This document shows positions 17,410 to 26,057 of a DNA stretch of 64,000 bases, one piece after another. Source of the DNA: an uncultured archaeon (GTDB lineage: Archaea > Thermoplasmatota > Penumbrarchaeia > JASLWR01); contig CAYFHS010000021.1 of assembly GCA_964342815.1 (NCBI GenBank), forward strand, positions 1 through 64,000. The letters run 5' to 3'. The translations under genes and the position numbers were made by a program. Positions within the stretch are counted from its first letter, which is position 1. Each line of letters opens with the position of its first letter. Below the pieces are notes generated by a model that was given only the letters and a program-made list of their open reading frames with translations, searched no databases and was not told the origin of the DNA.

Positions 17410-19878
17410 ATGACCGAAGAGGATCGAAAAAACGTCAAATTGAAGATATCGGGCATGACCTGTGCCATGTGCTCCAAGGCCGTTGATAAGGCTCTGTCCG
17501 GTCTGGAAGGTGTTCAGAACGTAAATGTAAACCTGGGGACCGAAACCGCCAGTTTGGAGTACGACCCGGGCAAAGTCAATGTGGCGGCCATTGAAAAATC
17601 AGTGAAGGATGCCGGTTACAGTGTCGTAAACAGTAAGACGACCATCAAGATCAGCGGCATGACCTGTGTCATGTGCGTCAAGGCCATCGAGAAAGCAGTC
17701 GGCGAGCTGCCCGGGGTAACGGAAGTGAACGTCAATCTCACAGCAGAAAAAGCCTCTGTTTCATACAATTCAGTACTTACGAAAATTCAAGATATGAAGA
17801 GAGCGGTTGAGGGAGCCGGTTACAAATATCTGGGAGTGGTTGGCGAGGATGCCGTGGATGTAGAGAAGGAAATGAGGGAATCTGAACTGAAATGGAAGAT
17901 GATAAGGTTCATAGTGGGATTTGCCCTGGCCGCTCCCATGATGCTTCTTATGTATCTGATGAAACTCGATATAATTATGATAAAACCTCCCGTTCCACTG
18001 GGTTACATATATCTGATTATAACGACTCCGGCATTCATTTTTGTCAGCTACCCGATATTTGTGGGAGCATTCAAGGCATTGAAGAACAAAAATCTCGATA
18101 TGAACGTCATGTATTCCATGGGGATCGGTGTCGCCTACGTATCCAGTATACTTGGAACCTTCGAGCTTGTTCTCACAAAGAATTTCATGTTCTATGATAC
18201 GGCGTTAATGCTTGCCGGCTTTCTGATGCTGGGTAGGTTCCTGGAGTCCAGGGCTAAGGGACGTACCTCGGAAGCAATAAAGAAACTCATGGGTCTGAGG
18301 CCCAAGACCGCCACTGTTCTCCGGGGCGGCAATGAGGTCGAGATAGATATTGATGAGGTGAAGGTAGGCGACATAGTAATAATAAAGCCCGGAGAAAAGG
18401 TCCCTGTGGACGGTGTGGTGGTCAAGGGAGGGAGCTATGTTGATGAATCCATGATAACGGGCGAGCCCATTCCTCCGCTGAGGACGATAGGAAATAATGT
18501 TATCGGCGGGACATTGAACAAAAATAGTGTTCTGAGAGCGAAGGCGGGAAAGGTGGGCAGCGAAACTATGCTCGCTCAGATAATACAATTGGTAGAGGAC
18601 GCTCAAGGGTCGAAACCTCCCGTTCAAAGGCTTGCGGACAGGGTGGTTACCTTTTTCATTCCTGTCATTCTCGCCATTGCGGTAATATCCTTCATTGCGT
18701 GGTTCGTGGTTGCGGACGAGTCGCTTCTTTTTTCCCTTACGGTTCTAATCTCCATACTTGTAGTGGCGTGTCCCTGCGCACTGGGTCTCGCAACGCCAAC
18801 AGCCGTAACGGTGGGAATCGGCAGAGGAGCCGAACTGGGTATATTGATCAAGAACGGCGAGGCACTCCAGGTCTCGGAAAAGCTCACTTCCATACTTTTC
18901 GATAAGACCGGGACTCTCACACAGGGAAAACCCGAGGTCACGGATATCATAGCCATGGGCATGGATGAAAAAGAATTAATCATGGTAGCCGCCAGCGTTG
19001 AGAGGAACTCCCAGCATCCTCTGGGGGATGCCGTGGTGAAAAAGGCAGAGGACCGCAAGATAAAATTGAGAGAGGTTTTCGATTTCGATACCTTCGGCGG
19101 CAAGGGAATTTCAGCAAAATTCGACGAAAAGGAAATTATCATTGGAAATAGAACGCTTTTCCAGGAGAGGAACATCAGCTACAAAAAAGAGACGAAAAAA
19201 ATACTTGGTCTTGAGAACGAAGGAAAGACCGTGATATTGGTCGCACTTGAGAGTAAATTATGCGGTATTATCGCCATCGCGGACACGTTGAAGAAAACCA
19301 CCAAGGATGCCATAAGGGAACTAATGGGCATGAAATTCAAGGTCTATATGATCACCGGCGACAATAAAAGGACTGCGAATGCTATCGCAAAACAGATAGG
19401 CATCAAGAATGTCCTGGCGGAGGTTTTACCCCAGGATAAAGCGAGAGAGGTTCGGAATCTTCAGAAAAAAGGTGAGATAGTTGCCTTTGTTGGCGATGGG
19501 ATAAATGACGCGCCTGCCCTGGCGCAGGCCAATGTTGGTATCGCCATGGGCGGCGGGACCGACGTTGCCATGGAGAGCGGAGATATAGTGCTGATAAAGG
19601 ATGAGCTAATGGATGCGGTTTCGGGAATTCGGCTGAGCAAGAAGGTGATGGGGCGTATAAAACAAAACCTTTTTTGGGCCTTTGCCTACAATACTGCCCT
19701 TGTTCCGCTGGCGGCAGGAGGTTTGCACCTGCTTTTTGGCATTACCTTTCCTCCGGAACTGGCTGGCGGCGCCATGGCAATGAGCAGTGTGACGGTGGTA
19801 ACACTATCGCTGATGTTGAAAAAATACGTTCCCCCTTCGGCTTCATCAAGAGAAGAGCGCAGTAATAAATTGAGTTGA
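17410..19878 (+). CDS. copA: Cu(I)-exporting P1B-type ATPase
   Basis: Two HMA domains (GMTCAMC, GMTCVMC), TGE, CPC, DKTGT, HP, GDGIND, YN and MAMSS motifs. Confidence 0.97.
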   Translation: MTEEDRKNVKLKISGMTCAMCSKAVDKALSGLEGVQNVNVNLGTETASLEYDPGKVNVAAIEKSVKDAGYSVVNSKTTIKISGMTCVMCVKAIEKAVGELPGVTEVNVNLTAEKASVSYNSVLTKIQDMKRAVEGAGYKYLGVVGEDAVDVEKEMRESELKWKMIRFIVGFALAAPMMLLMYLMKLDIIMIKPPVPLGYIYLIITTPAFIFVSYPIFVGAFKALKNKNLDMNVMYSMGIGVAYVSSILGTFELVLTKNFMFYDTALMLAGFLMLGRFLESRAKGRTSEAIKKLMGLRPKTATVLRGGNEVEIDIDEVKVGDIVIIKPGEKVPVDGVVVKGGSYVDESMITGEPIPPLRTIGNNVIGGTLNKNSVLRAKAGKVGSETMLAQIIQLVEDAQGSKPPVQRLADRVVTFFIPVILAIAVISFIAWFVVADESLLFSLTVLISILVVACPCALGLATPTAVTVGIGRGAELGILIKNGEALQVSEKLTSILFDKTGTLTQGKPEVTDIIAMGMDEKELIMVAASVERNSQHPLGDAVVKKAEDRKIKLREVFDFDTFGGKGISAKFDEKEIIIGNRTLFQERNISYKKETKKILGLENEGKTVILVALESKLCGIIAIADTLKKTTKDAIRELMGMKFKVYMITGDNKRTANAIAKQIGIKNVLAEVLPQDKAREVRNLQKKGEIVAFVGDGINDAPALAQANVGIAMGGGTDVAMESGDIVLIKDELMDAVSGIRLSKKVMGRIKQNLFWAFAYNTALVPLAAGGLHLLFGITFPPELAGGAMAMSSVTVVTLSLMLKKYVPPSASSREERSNKLS

Positions 19879-19885
19879 TACATCC

Positions 19886-21661
19886 ATGAAATGGAAAATT
19901 ATTCTATTACATATGGTACTGATCGGCGCAAGCATAGGTCTTACTGGTTGTTTGAATCTGATGGATCAGGGTGCCAATACAGGGGGGGATGAGAAATACG
20001 AGATGATGGAGGGCATGGTAGTCACGGAATCGGGATACTCCGGGGACCCGCAGAACGGCAATGAACCATCGCAGCAAACATTGGAGCTAGAACTGATGGA
20101 AGGAATGCTGACCGAGATAAGTTTTACGCTGAGCTGGACCGATGACGAACCCGAATCCGATCCTGATGAATTCAAGCTGGAGGTCAGTGGAAATGTTGGG
20201 GGCAGCGAAAAGTCCTTTTCCACCGCCAGCTCTTCTGGAGAGCTCGAGATACTGGTGAGCATCGATGGTTTTTCTATAGAGACTTATGACGGAGATCCAA
20301 GCCTATTGCTGGGCAGTTCCTGGAAAGTAACAGTGACCGTGCTTTCCTGTGGTTCGAAGCCCCTGCTGCCCATTGGCCCAGGAATCTTTCTCAATGATCC
20401 CGATGAAGGGAATGCATGGGACCTTTCAGTGGGGAACCGGCATATTATAAAAATGTCCGGAGATAAACTGAATAAAGCTCCGGATTTCACCATAACGGAC
20501 ACCGACGGAAACAAGGTTTCCTTGTCGGGTTTCTCTGGAAAAATAATCATCCTGGACCTGATGATGGACTGCCCGACGTGTGAAGAACAGATCGATCATC
20601 TCAAGGATCTACAAAAGAAGATGAGAGATCAGATAATCATTATTTCCGTTGATATCGATCCGAGCGATTCCGTGGAAGACGTTAAACGGATAAAGGAAAA
20701 ACACAAGGCCGATTGGATATTTGCGAAAGATACCGATGATCTTCTGGGTAAGTATAGAGTAACCGGCATGCGGAAACTTATTGTGATAGACCAGGATGGA
20801 ATTCCAACATTTACCTCTGACGGTGTTGTGAATTCAGAAAAGTTAGTAGAAAAGGTAAATGGTGCCATAGAAGGGCAGGTCGGGATCATGGTCGGCATAT
20901 CGTCCAGTATTTTTCTCATTGCCTTTATAACGGGTATTACTGCCTTTTTTGCTCCATGCGCTTTCCCTATGCTGCCCGGATATATTACCTATTACGTCAC
21001 AATAGACGAAAAGAACGGAAAGGATGAATCGTCCCCAGATCAAAGGACGAAGTGGGATATTTTATCAAAAGGGCTTTTTACGGGGGCGGTGACTGCATTG
21101 GGCATTGGATCTATTTATATCATCTTTGGACTGCTTCTGTCGATATTCGGAATTTCGATAATGTTCGCCATGAGCTATCTCGCTCCGATAATCGGAGTTC
21201 TCGTTATCCTGATCGGATTAATATTCGTTATGGGTTACCACGATTATATCCAAATATATTTATACCGGGCGAAAAGGGCTGTTGGTCTGGAATCTCTCGG
21301 AAATAAATTGGATCTGGGAAAGAGATTCAAGTTCCGGGATAGGAAGAAAACTGGATACAGCGGTCTTTTCTATTATGGTATGGGTTACGGAGCGGCGTCA
21401 ACCGGATGTCACGGTATCGCCTTCATCTCCATCGTTCTGGTCGGTCTCGCATCAAACGGATTTGTGGGCTCAATCACCACCACACTGCTATGGATACTGG
21501 GAATGGTGATGATCATGATATTGGTAACCGTTATTCTAGCATTTGCCAGGACGGGCTTCATATCGTTCATAACAAAGAATATGGGAAAGATCAACAGGAT
21601 CACGGGAGCCTTTCTGGTCCTCGCCGGAATTGTGATATTGATCTATGAATACACGGTCTGA
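19886..21661 (+). CDS. Fusion: exported N-terminal domain + thioredoxin-like redoxin + CcdA/DsbD transmembrane domain
   Basis: Lipoprotein-like signal (LTGC), KAPDFTITDTDG...DCPTC redoxin domain, and CcdA motifs FFAPCAFPMLP and STGCHG across six TM helices. Confidence 0.85.
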   Translation: MKWKIILLHMVLIGASIGLTGCLNLMDQGANTGGDEKYEMMEGMVVTESGYSGDPQNGNEPSQQTLELELMEGMLTEISFTLSWTDDEPESDPDEFKLEVSGNVGGSEKSFSTASSSGELEILVSIDGFSIETYDGDPSLLLGSSWKVTVTVLSCGSKPLLPIGPGIFLNDPDEGNAWDLSVGNRHIIKMSGDKLNKAPDFTITDTDGNKVSLSGFSGKIIILDLMMDCPTCEEQIDHLKDLQKKMRDQIIIISVDIDPSDSVEDVKRIKEKHKADWIFAKDTDDLLGKYRVTGMRKLIVIDQDGIPTFTSDGVVNSEKLVEKVNGAIEGQVGIMVGISSSIFLIAFITGITAFFAPCAFPMLPGYITYYVTIDEKNGKDESSPDQRTKWDILSKGLFTGAVTALGIGSIYIIFGLLLSIFGISIMFAMSYLAPIIGVLVILIGLIFVMGYHDYIQIYLYRAKRAVGLESLGNKLDLGKRFKFRDRKKTGYSGLFYYGMGYGAASTGCHGIAFISIVLVGLASNGFVGSITTTLLWILGMVMIMILVTVILAFARTGFISFITKNMGKINRITGAFLVLAGIVILIYEYTV

Positions 21662-21738
21662 AGGCGGATTCTCGTATATCTCTAACATAATGCTGTGAGA
21701 ATTGAAGATGCGGATGACTAAAATGAATTGGTGATACA

Positions 21739-21969
21739 ATGATGTTGTTTGGCGTGAAGGGTGAAAAGGTTCTACTCAAAATAGATGGTATGACCTGCGG
21801 CCACTGTGTAATGAGGGTCGAGAAGACACTGAACGGCTTGGAAGGTGTGAAAAGGTCAAGGGTTTCCCTGAAAAAAAAACATGCCGAGATAATATATGAC
21901 GGCAAGAAGACGACGGTTGAGACCTTGAAGAACGCGATAATCGAGGCAGGTTACAGTATAGTTGAATAG
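21739..21969 (+). CDS. copZ: CopZ-type copper chaperone
   Basis: LKIDGMTCGHCVMRVEKTL, a single 76-aa HMA domain. Confidence 0.9.
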   Translation: MMLFGVKGEKVLLKIDGMTCGHCVMRVEKTLNGLEGVKRSRVSLKKKHAEIIYDGKKTTVETLKNAIIEAGYSIVE

Positions 21970-22048
21970 CTAGGATGAATATTGATTGCCAATTATCGGA
22001 TGAACGATACGGCTGTTCCCAGAAAATCATGCAAATATCTTGATCCAA

Positions 22049-23146
22049 TCACATGCTGCTGCCGTGGGGCTGCACCATGAAGACCAGGAATACGAAGATA
22101 CCCATGAAGAAGTAGCACAACGCCACCTCCCTTTTACTAAGGCGGGAGTCCTTAACGTTCTGGGCTCGTCTCATGGCAAATTTGCTCCACCCGAATAATT
22201 TTTTGTAAGTATTGCTTCTCATTATCTGCGCCCTGTTGAGATACATGGGAATCGCCCATAGTATCAACACGATGGATGAAACATTATCTGCATTTGTATA
22301 TGAAAAAGCGTCGGGCTGCCAGATTGCAGGTATTCCGGTCCAGCAGTTTGCCCACCCGTACATCTTGCCAGCAACCCAAATGCCTATGGGCACCGCAGCG
22401 AGAAAGAAAGCCCAGAACGATATCATACCCAGCCAGATCGTGAGCCCCTGTCCCGAAAACAGTTTTTTGATCCGTGAGTTTGTCCCTTCCCATCTGTTTC
22501 TTACCAGCAGGTATATTCCCGATGCCGCACTGGTAATGAGAAATGTGTAAGTGGAAAGGATCATGAGTCCGACATGTGTCCAGAATATCGGGGAGGCCAG
22601 CAGCGCCACAACGTTGGCGGGAGGTCCTCCAGGCCCACCGCTCATTGGCTCGGTGTAAACATAGGTGATCACGAGGCTCCAGCTGTTGCCCGGGTCAGTG
22701 GCCTGTCTCAATCCCAGGATGCCAATGGGTGTTGGTCCGGCGGATAGGCACGCGACCTCCACTGTAAAGCTATTATTAAGATTCTCCTCGGTTCGGGTTA
22801 CAGTCACTCCACCACTGTTGCTCTGGCCCGATACGGGACCGTTTACGGTATCGACTGCGGTCAAACTGAAAGTGTCCGGGTCTGAGCTTGAGCCTTCGTC
22901 GTCCTGCCAGGAGAGAACGAAGGTAATTTCGATTATCGTGCCCTCGGGGAGGTTGACTGATTCTTCTTGGACGGAGCCGGCCTGATTCGTGGAGGGATTG
23001 TCACAATAACCGTTCATAGTTATTGTTCCGGTTTTTTCTTCCGGTTCCTCTCCTACGTGCGGTGGTTGAGCGGCACCGCTGATATTTCCAAAAACCAATA
23101 GCAATAATATCATAATGATGGCTGATGTGACGATTCTATCTGACAT
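22049..23146 (-). CDS. Exported N-terminal domain + divergent CcsA/CcmC-like heme-handling membrane domain
   Basis: Signal peptide and an N-domain similar to that of 19886..21661. The TM part has WTHVG and IGIWVAGKMYGWANCWTGIP, resembling a degenerate WWD loop. It lies directly downstream of ccmE. Confidence 0.5.
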   Translation of the reverse strand: MSDRIVTSAIIMILLLLVFGNISGAAQPPHVGEEPEEKTGTITMNGYCDNPSTNQAGSVQEESVNLPEGTIIEITFVLSWQDDEGSSSDPDTFSLTAVDTVNGPVSGQSNSGGVTVTRTEENLNNSFTVEVACLSAGPTPIGILGLRQATDPGNSWSLVITYVYTEPMSGGPGGPPANVVALLASPIFWTHVGLMILSTYTFLITSAASGIYLLVRNRWEGTNSRIKKLFSGQGLTIWLGMISFWAFFLAAVPIGIWVAGKMYGWANCWTGIPAIWQPDAFSYTNADNVSSIVLILWAIPMYLNRAQIMRSNTYKKLFGWSKFAMRRAQNVKDSRLSKREVALCYFFMGIFVFLVFMVQPHGSSM

Positions 23147-23287
23147 TTAAGGTCTCCGTTTGATGGGATACGGAAAAGATATTAATATTTTATTTTATCG
23201 TTATTTACTAATGTTAATCTACCGGATATGTTCGGATGATATTTCCTTTACATGTACTTGGGCCTGAGGAAAAAGTAGAATCGAGCA

Positions 23288-23686
23288 TCAGTATTTGGAT
23301 GGACAACCGGTCTGGATTTCGTTTGATTCAACGTGAATTGGATCCTTGTGAAAGACTCCCGTGACGGTGACTGTTGAGTTGATTCCGAAATTTTCCGGTA
23401 TTGTTCCGGTATAGGTTATATTTATTGCCAGATTATCATCATTCGAGTCTCCCAGGGTGAAATTCACCGTACTGCTGTCCCATTTTATTACCACTCCCTG
23501 CAGACTCAATTCCTCCCCATCGTATTTATCGGGATCATCGAGAAGATCGGATACCTCGTATATTTCATTATTCGGGATCATTGCCCATATCATTATTCCC
23601 ACGATAAGAAGCACTATTATAATGGCAATCGTGATTTTGACCTGTTTTTCAGAGAGTTTCTTCCTTTTCTTTTTTTCTTCCGCCAT
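23288..23686 (-). CDS. ccmE: Heme chaperone CcmE, CxxxY variant
   Basis: N-terminal TM anchor, OB-fold-like body and C-terminal GCPSKY, adjacent to ccmC. Confidence 0.88.
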   Translation of the reverse strand: MAEEKKKRKKLSEKQVKITIAIIIVLLIVGIMIWAMIPNNEIYEVSDLLDDPDKYDGEELSLQGVVIKWDSSTVNFTLGDSNDDNLAINITYTGTIPENFGINSTVTVTGVFHKDPIHVESNEIQTGCPSKY

Positions 23687-23817
23687 CGACTACCTCCACG
23701 AGTAATTCAAGATCTTTTTTTAGATTTTTCTGATCAACGTGAAGTTTCAGAATATAGATAAATAGTGCAGCCCAGATAATAGTGTAGGCTATGTAAAGAT
23801 ACATCAGATTGTCCATC

Positions 23818-24498
23818 TCAATCACCTATTTTTTGTTTTATGAACTCGATTGATTCACGAAGATTCTCGTTTTCGACCTTGGTTAAAAGCAGATAGATAT
23901 ACAGAAAGGTGAATGCAACCGTGGCAACGGCAAGTGAAATTCCCATGGAAGCCCTAAGGCTCCCCTCTGACGAGGCGATAACCGTTGGATGGGATTGTTT
24001 CCATATCCGGTTGGCGGCGAAACTCATGGGAATGGATAAGAATCCGATAATCCCGAATACGGCACTGAGGTTTGCCTTCTGTGTTCTTGAATGGACGTTT
24101 GCCCTAAGCGCAAGATAGGCTATAAATATCAACCAGAGGACCAGGGTCATAAATAATTTGATGTCCTCCCATCTCCAGTAAACCCCCCACACGGCCTTGC
24201 CCCACAAGGGGCCCGTGGTTATGGCAATGGTGCAGAAAACAACACCAAGTTCGGCTGAACCGAATGCGTACTTGTCCCATTTCATATCTTTCGTCTTGAG
24301 ATATATCAATCCCGCAACAAAGGTAACGGCGAAGGCAAGATAGGAGATCCATGCGGAGGCTACATGAAAATAAAATATCCTCTGGACATCGCCCATTGTT
24401 TCATGTGGAGGAGCATAGACAAATGCCATGTAAATTGCTACTAACGTAAGAACAATTGCAATCAGCAATATAGGCAATTTTAACTTATTTATATTCAT
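23818..24498 (-). CDS. ccmC: Heme exporter/cytochrome c biogenesis protein CcmC
   Basis: IFYFHVASAW, WWD loop WGKAVWGVYWRWE and a second His in KQSHP. Confidence 0.95.
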   Translation of the reverse strand: MNINKLKLPILLIAIVLTLVAIYMAFVYAPPHETMGDVQRIFYFHVASAWISYLAFAVTFVAGLIYLKTKDMKWDKYAFGSAELGVVFCTIAITTGPLWGKAVWGVYWRWEDIKLFMTLVLWLIFIAYLALRANVHSRTQKANLSAVFGIIGFLSIPMSFAANRIWKQSHPTVIASSEGSLRASMGISLAVATVAFTFLYIYLLLTKVENENLRESIEFIKQKIGD

Positions 24499-24499
24499 A

Positions 24500-25183
24500 T
24501 CACGCCTCTAAAATATAATCCGCTAACAGGTAACCCATGGCGATAAAGACAACGTCAAACGCTAATATAAACTTTATCTCGTTAGCTACGTCGGAAATAT
24601 TTCCACCGGAAAATATCTGGGCCGTACCCGTAACGGCCGACATGACTATTGTGAAGAGCAGGATGGGGACCAGAAGTACGGGGAGCATCACTGCACTGTA
24701 TGCGACCTTTGAGGATATTGCGGAAATCAAGTTTCCCATTGCGGCAAATCCCACGGTTCCCAGAACGATCAGCGTCAGAAGCGCCGGAATATCCGGAGTA
24801 TCCACGGGAAAGAAGGCGAAGAACAGTACAAGTGAAAACATTTCGAGAATGAACATTACCAGCAGGTTTGCCAGGAATTTTCCAAAAAATATGGAGGAGG
24901 GTGAAATAGGGGCCAGCAGAAGTCCGTCCAGTGTTCCTTCGTCTATCTCCCTTCGATATGTAAGTGAAAGGGTGAACATACCGGAAAAGAAGAAAGTGAT
25001 CCAGATCACGGGAGCTGCGATACTGTTCAGAGACATTTCTAGCATGGAGAAGGCGAATCTGAACGACGCAATTATCATCACGGATAGGATGAATGAAGTA
25101 ACGATCATCTGTTTGTTTCGGAACTCCACTTTCAGTTCCTTCAGAAAGATCGCCTTAACAACACTCAGGCAGACTCCCCCCAT
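24500..25183 (-). CDS. ccmB: Heme exporter permease CcmB
   Basis: KELKVEFR, EIDEGTLDGLLLAP, IFFGK and six TM helices, located between ccmA and ccmC. Confidence 0.93.
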   Translation of the reverse strand: MGGVCLSVVKAIFLKELKVEFRNKQMIVTSFILSVMIIASFRFAFSMLEMSLNSIAAPVIWITFFFSGMFTLSLTYRREIDEGTLDGLLLAPISPSSIFFGKFLANLLVMFILEMFSLVLFFAFFPVDTPDIPALLTLIVLGTVGFAAMGNLISAISSKVAYSAVMLPVLLVPILLFTIVMSAVTGTAQIFSGGNISDVANEIKFILAFDVVFIAMGYLLADYILEA

Positions 25184-25878
25184 ATTATTTCATTTAATTT
25201 ATCCGAGAATTCCGATTTGCTGATTCCTTCCGCTTCATATACTATCCGACCGTTTGAAAGGATTGCGCCTCTGTTAGCAATCTCGAAACCCTTGTGGATG
25301 TTGTGGGTGATGAAAACGAAGGTCTTCCCCTTTTTATTCAATCGAAGAATCAGTTCGTTCAGTATATTTTGTGCCTTGATATCCAGGCCCGAGTATGCCT
25401 CGTCGAGAAATATGAGGTCGGGATCATGAAGCAGGGTCCTCGCGAGAGCCAACCTCTGTTTCATGCCTCTGGAGAAAGAGCCCATCCTGTCATAGGCCCT
25501 ATGAAGCAGTCCGGTCTCCTGGAGAAGAACTTTGATCCTTGAGCTTCTGTTCTTGACCGAGTAGAGATAGGCAAAGAAATCCAGGTTCTCCCACGCCGAA
25601 AGCTCAGGGTACAGGTATGGATCGTGGGACATGAAACCGATTTTGGACTTCAGTTCCTTCGAGCCTCCATCGGTATTCTTCCCGAACAGGGTTATTTCTC
25701 CTGAATCGGGAGACATCAGGGTTGATAATATTCTCACGAGAGTGGTCTTGCCTGCGCCGTTGGATCCAAATAGGATATATCTATCACCCTTTTCTATGGT
25801 GAGATCCAGCCCCTTAAGGACCTGCAAACGTCCGAATGATTTTTCAATTCCCTTGGCTACTAATACCGGCTTAGCCAT
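25165..25878 (-). CDS. ccmA: ABC ATPase CcmA
   Basis: Walker A GSNGAGKT, signature FSRGMKQR and Walker B LIFLDE, upstream of ccmB. Confidence 0.92.
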   Translation of the reverse strand: MAKPVLVAKGIEKSFGRLQVLKGLDLTIEKGDRYILFGSNGAGKTTLVRILSTLMSPDSGEITLFGKNTDGGSKELKSKIGFMSHDPYLYPELSAWENLDFFAYLYSVKNRSSRIKVLLQETGLLHRAYDRMGSFSRGMKQRLALARTLLHDPDLIFLDEAYSGLDIKAQNILNELILRLNKKGKTFVFITHNIHKGFEIANRGAILSNGRIVYEAEGISKSEFSDKLNEIIWGESA

Positions 25879-26057
25879 CTAATCCGAGAGAATAATTCTT
25901 CTAGTAATATATTTCGCTGTTAATTATGTAAGACATTTATGGGAATTTTTTTTAATCGCTCGGAATAATAGAAAATAAAACAAGCCGGAGATTTAATAAT
26001 TCCCCATATTTCCGAATATTTCAGGTGTCGATGGATCTTCCCGAGCATTTATCAAAC

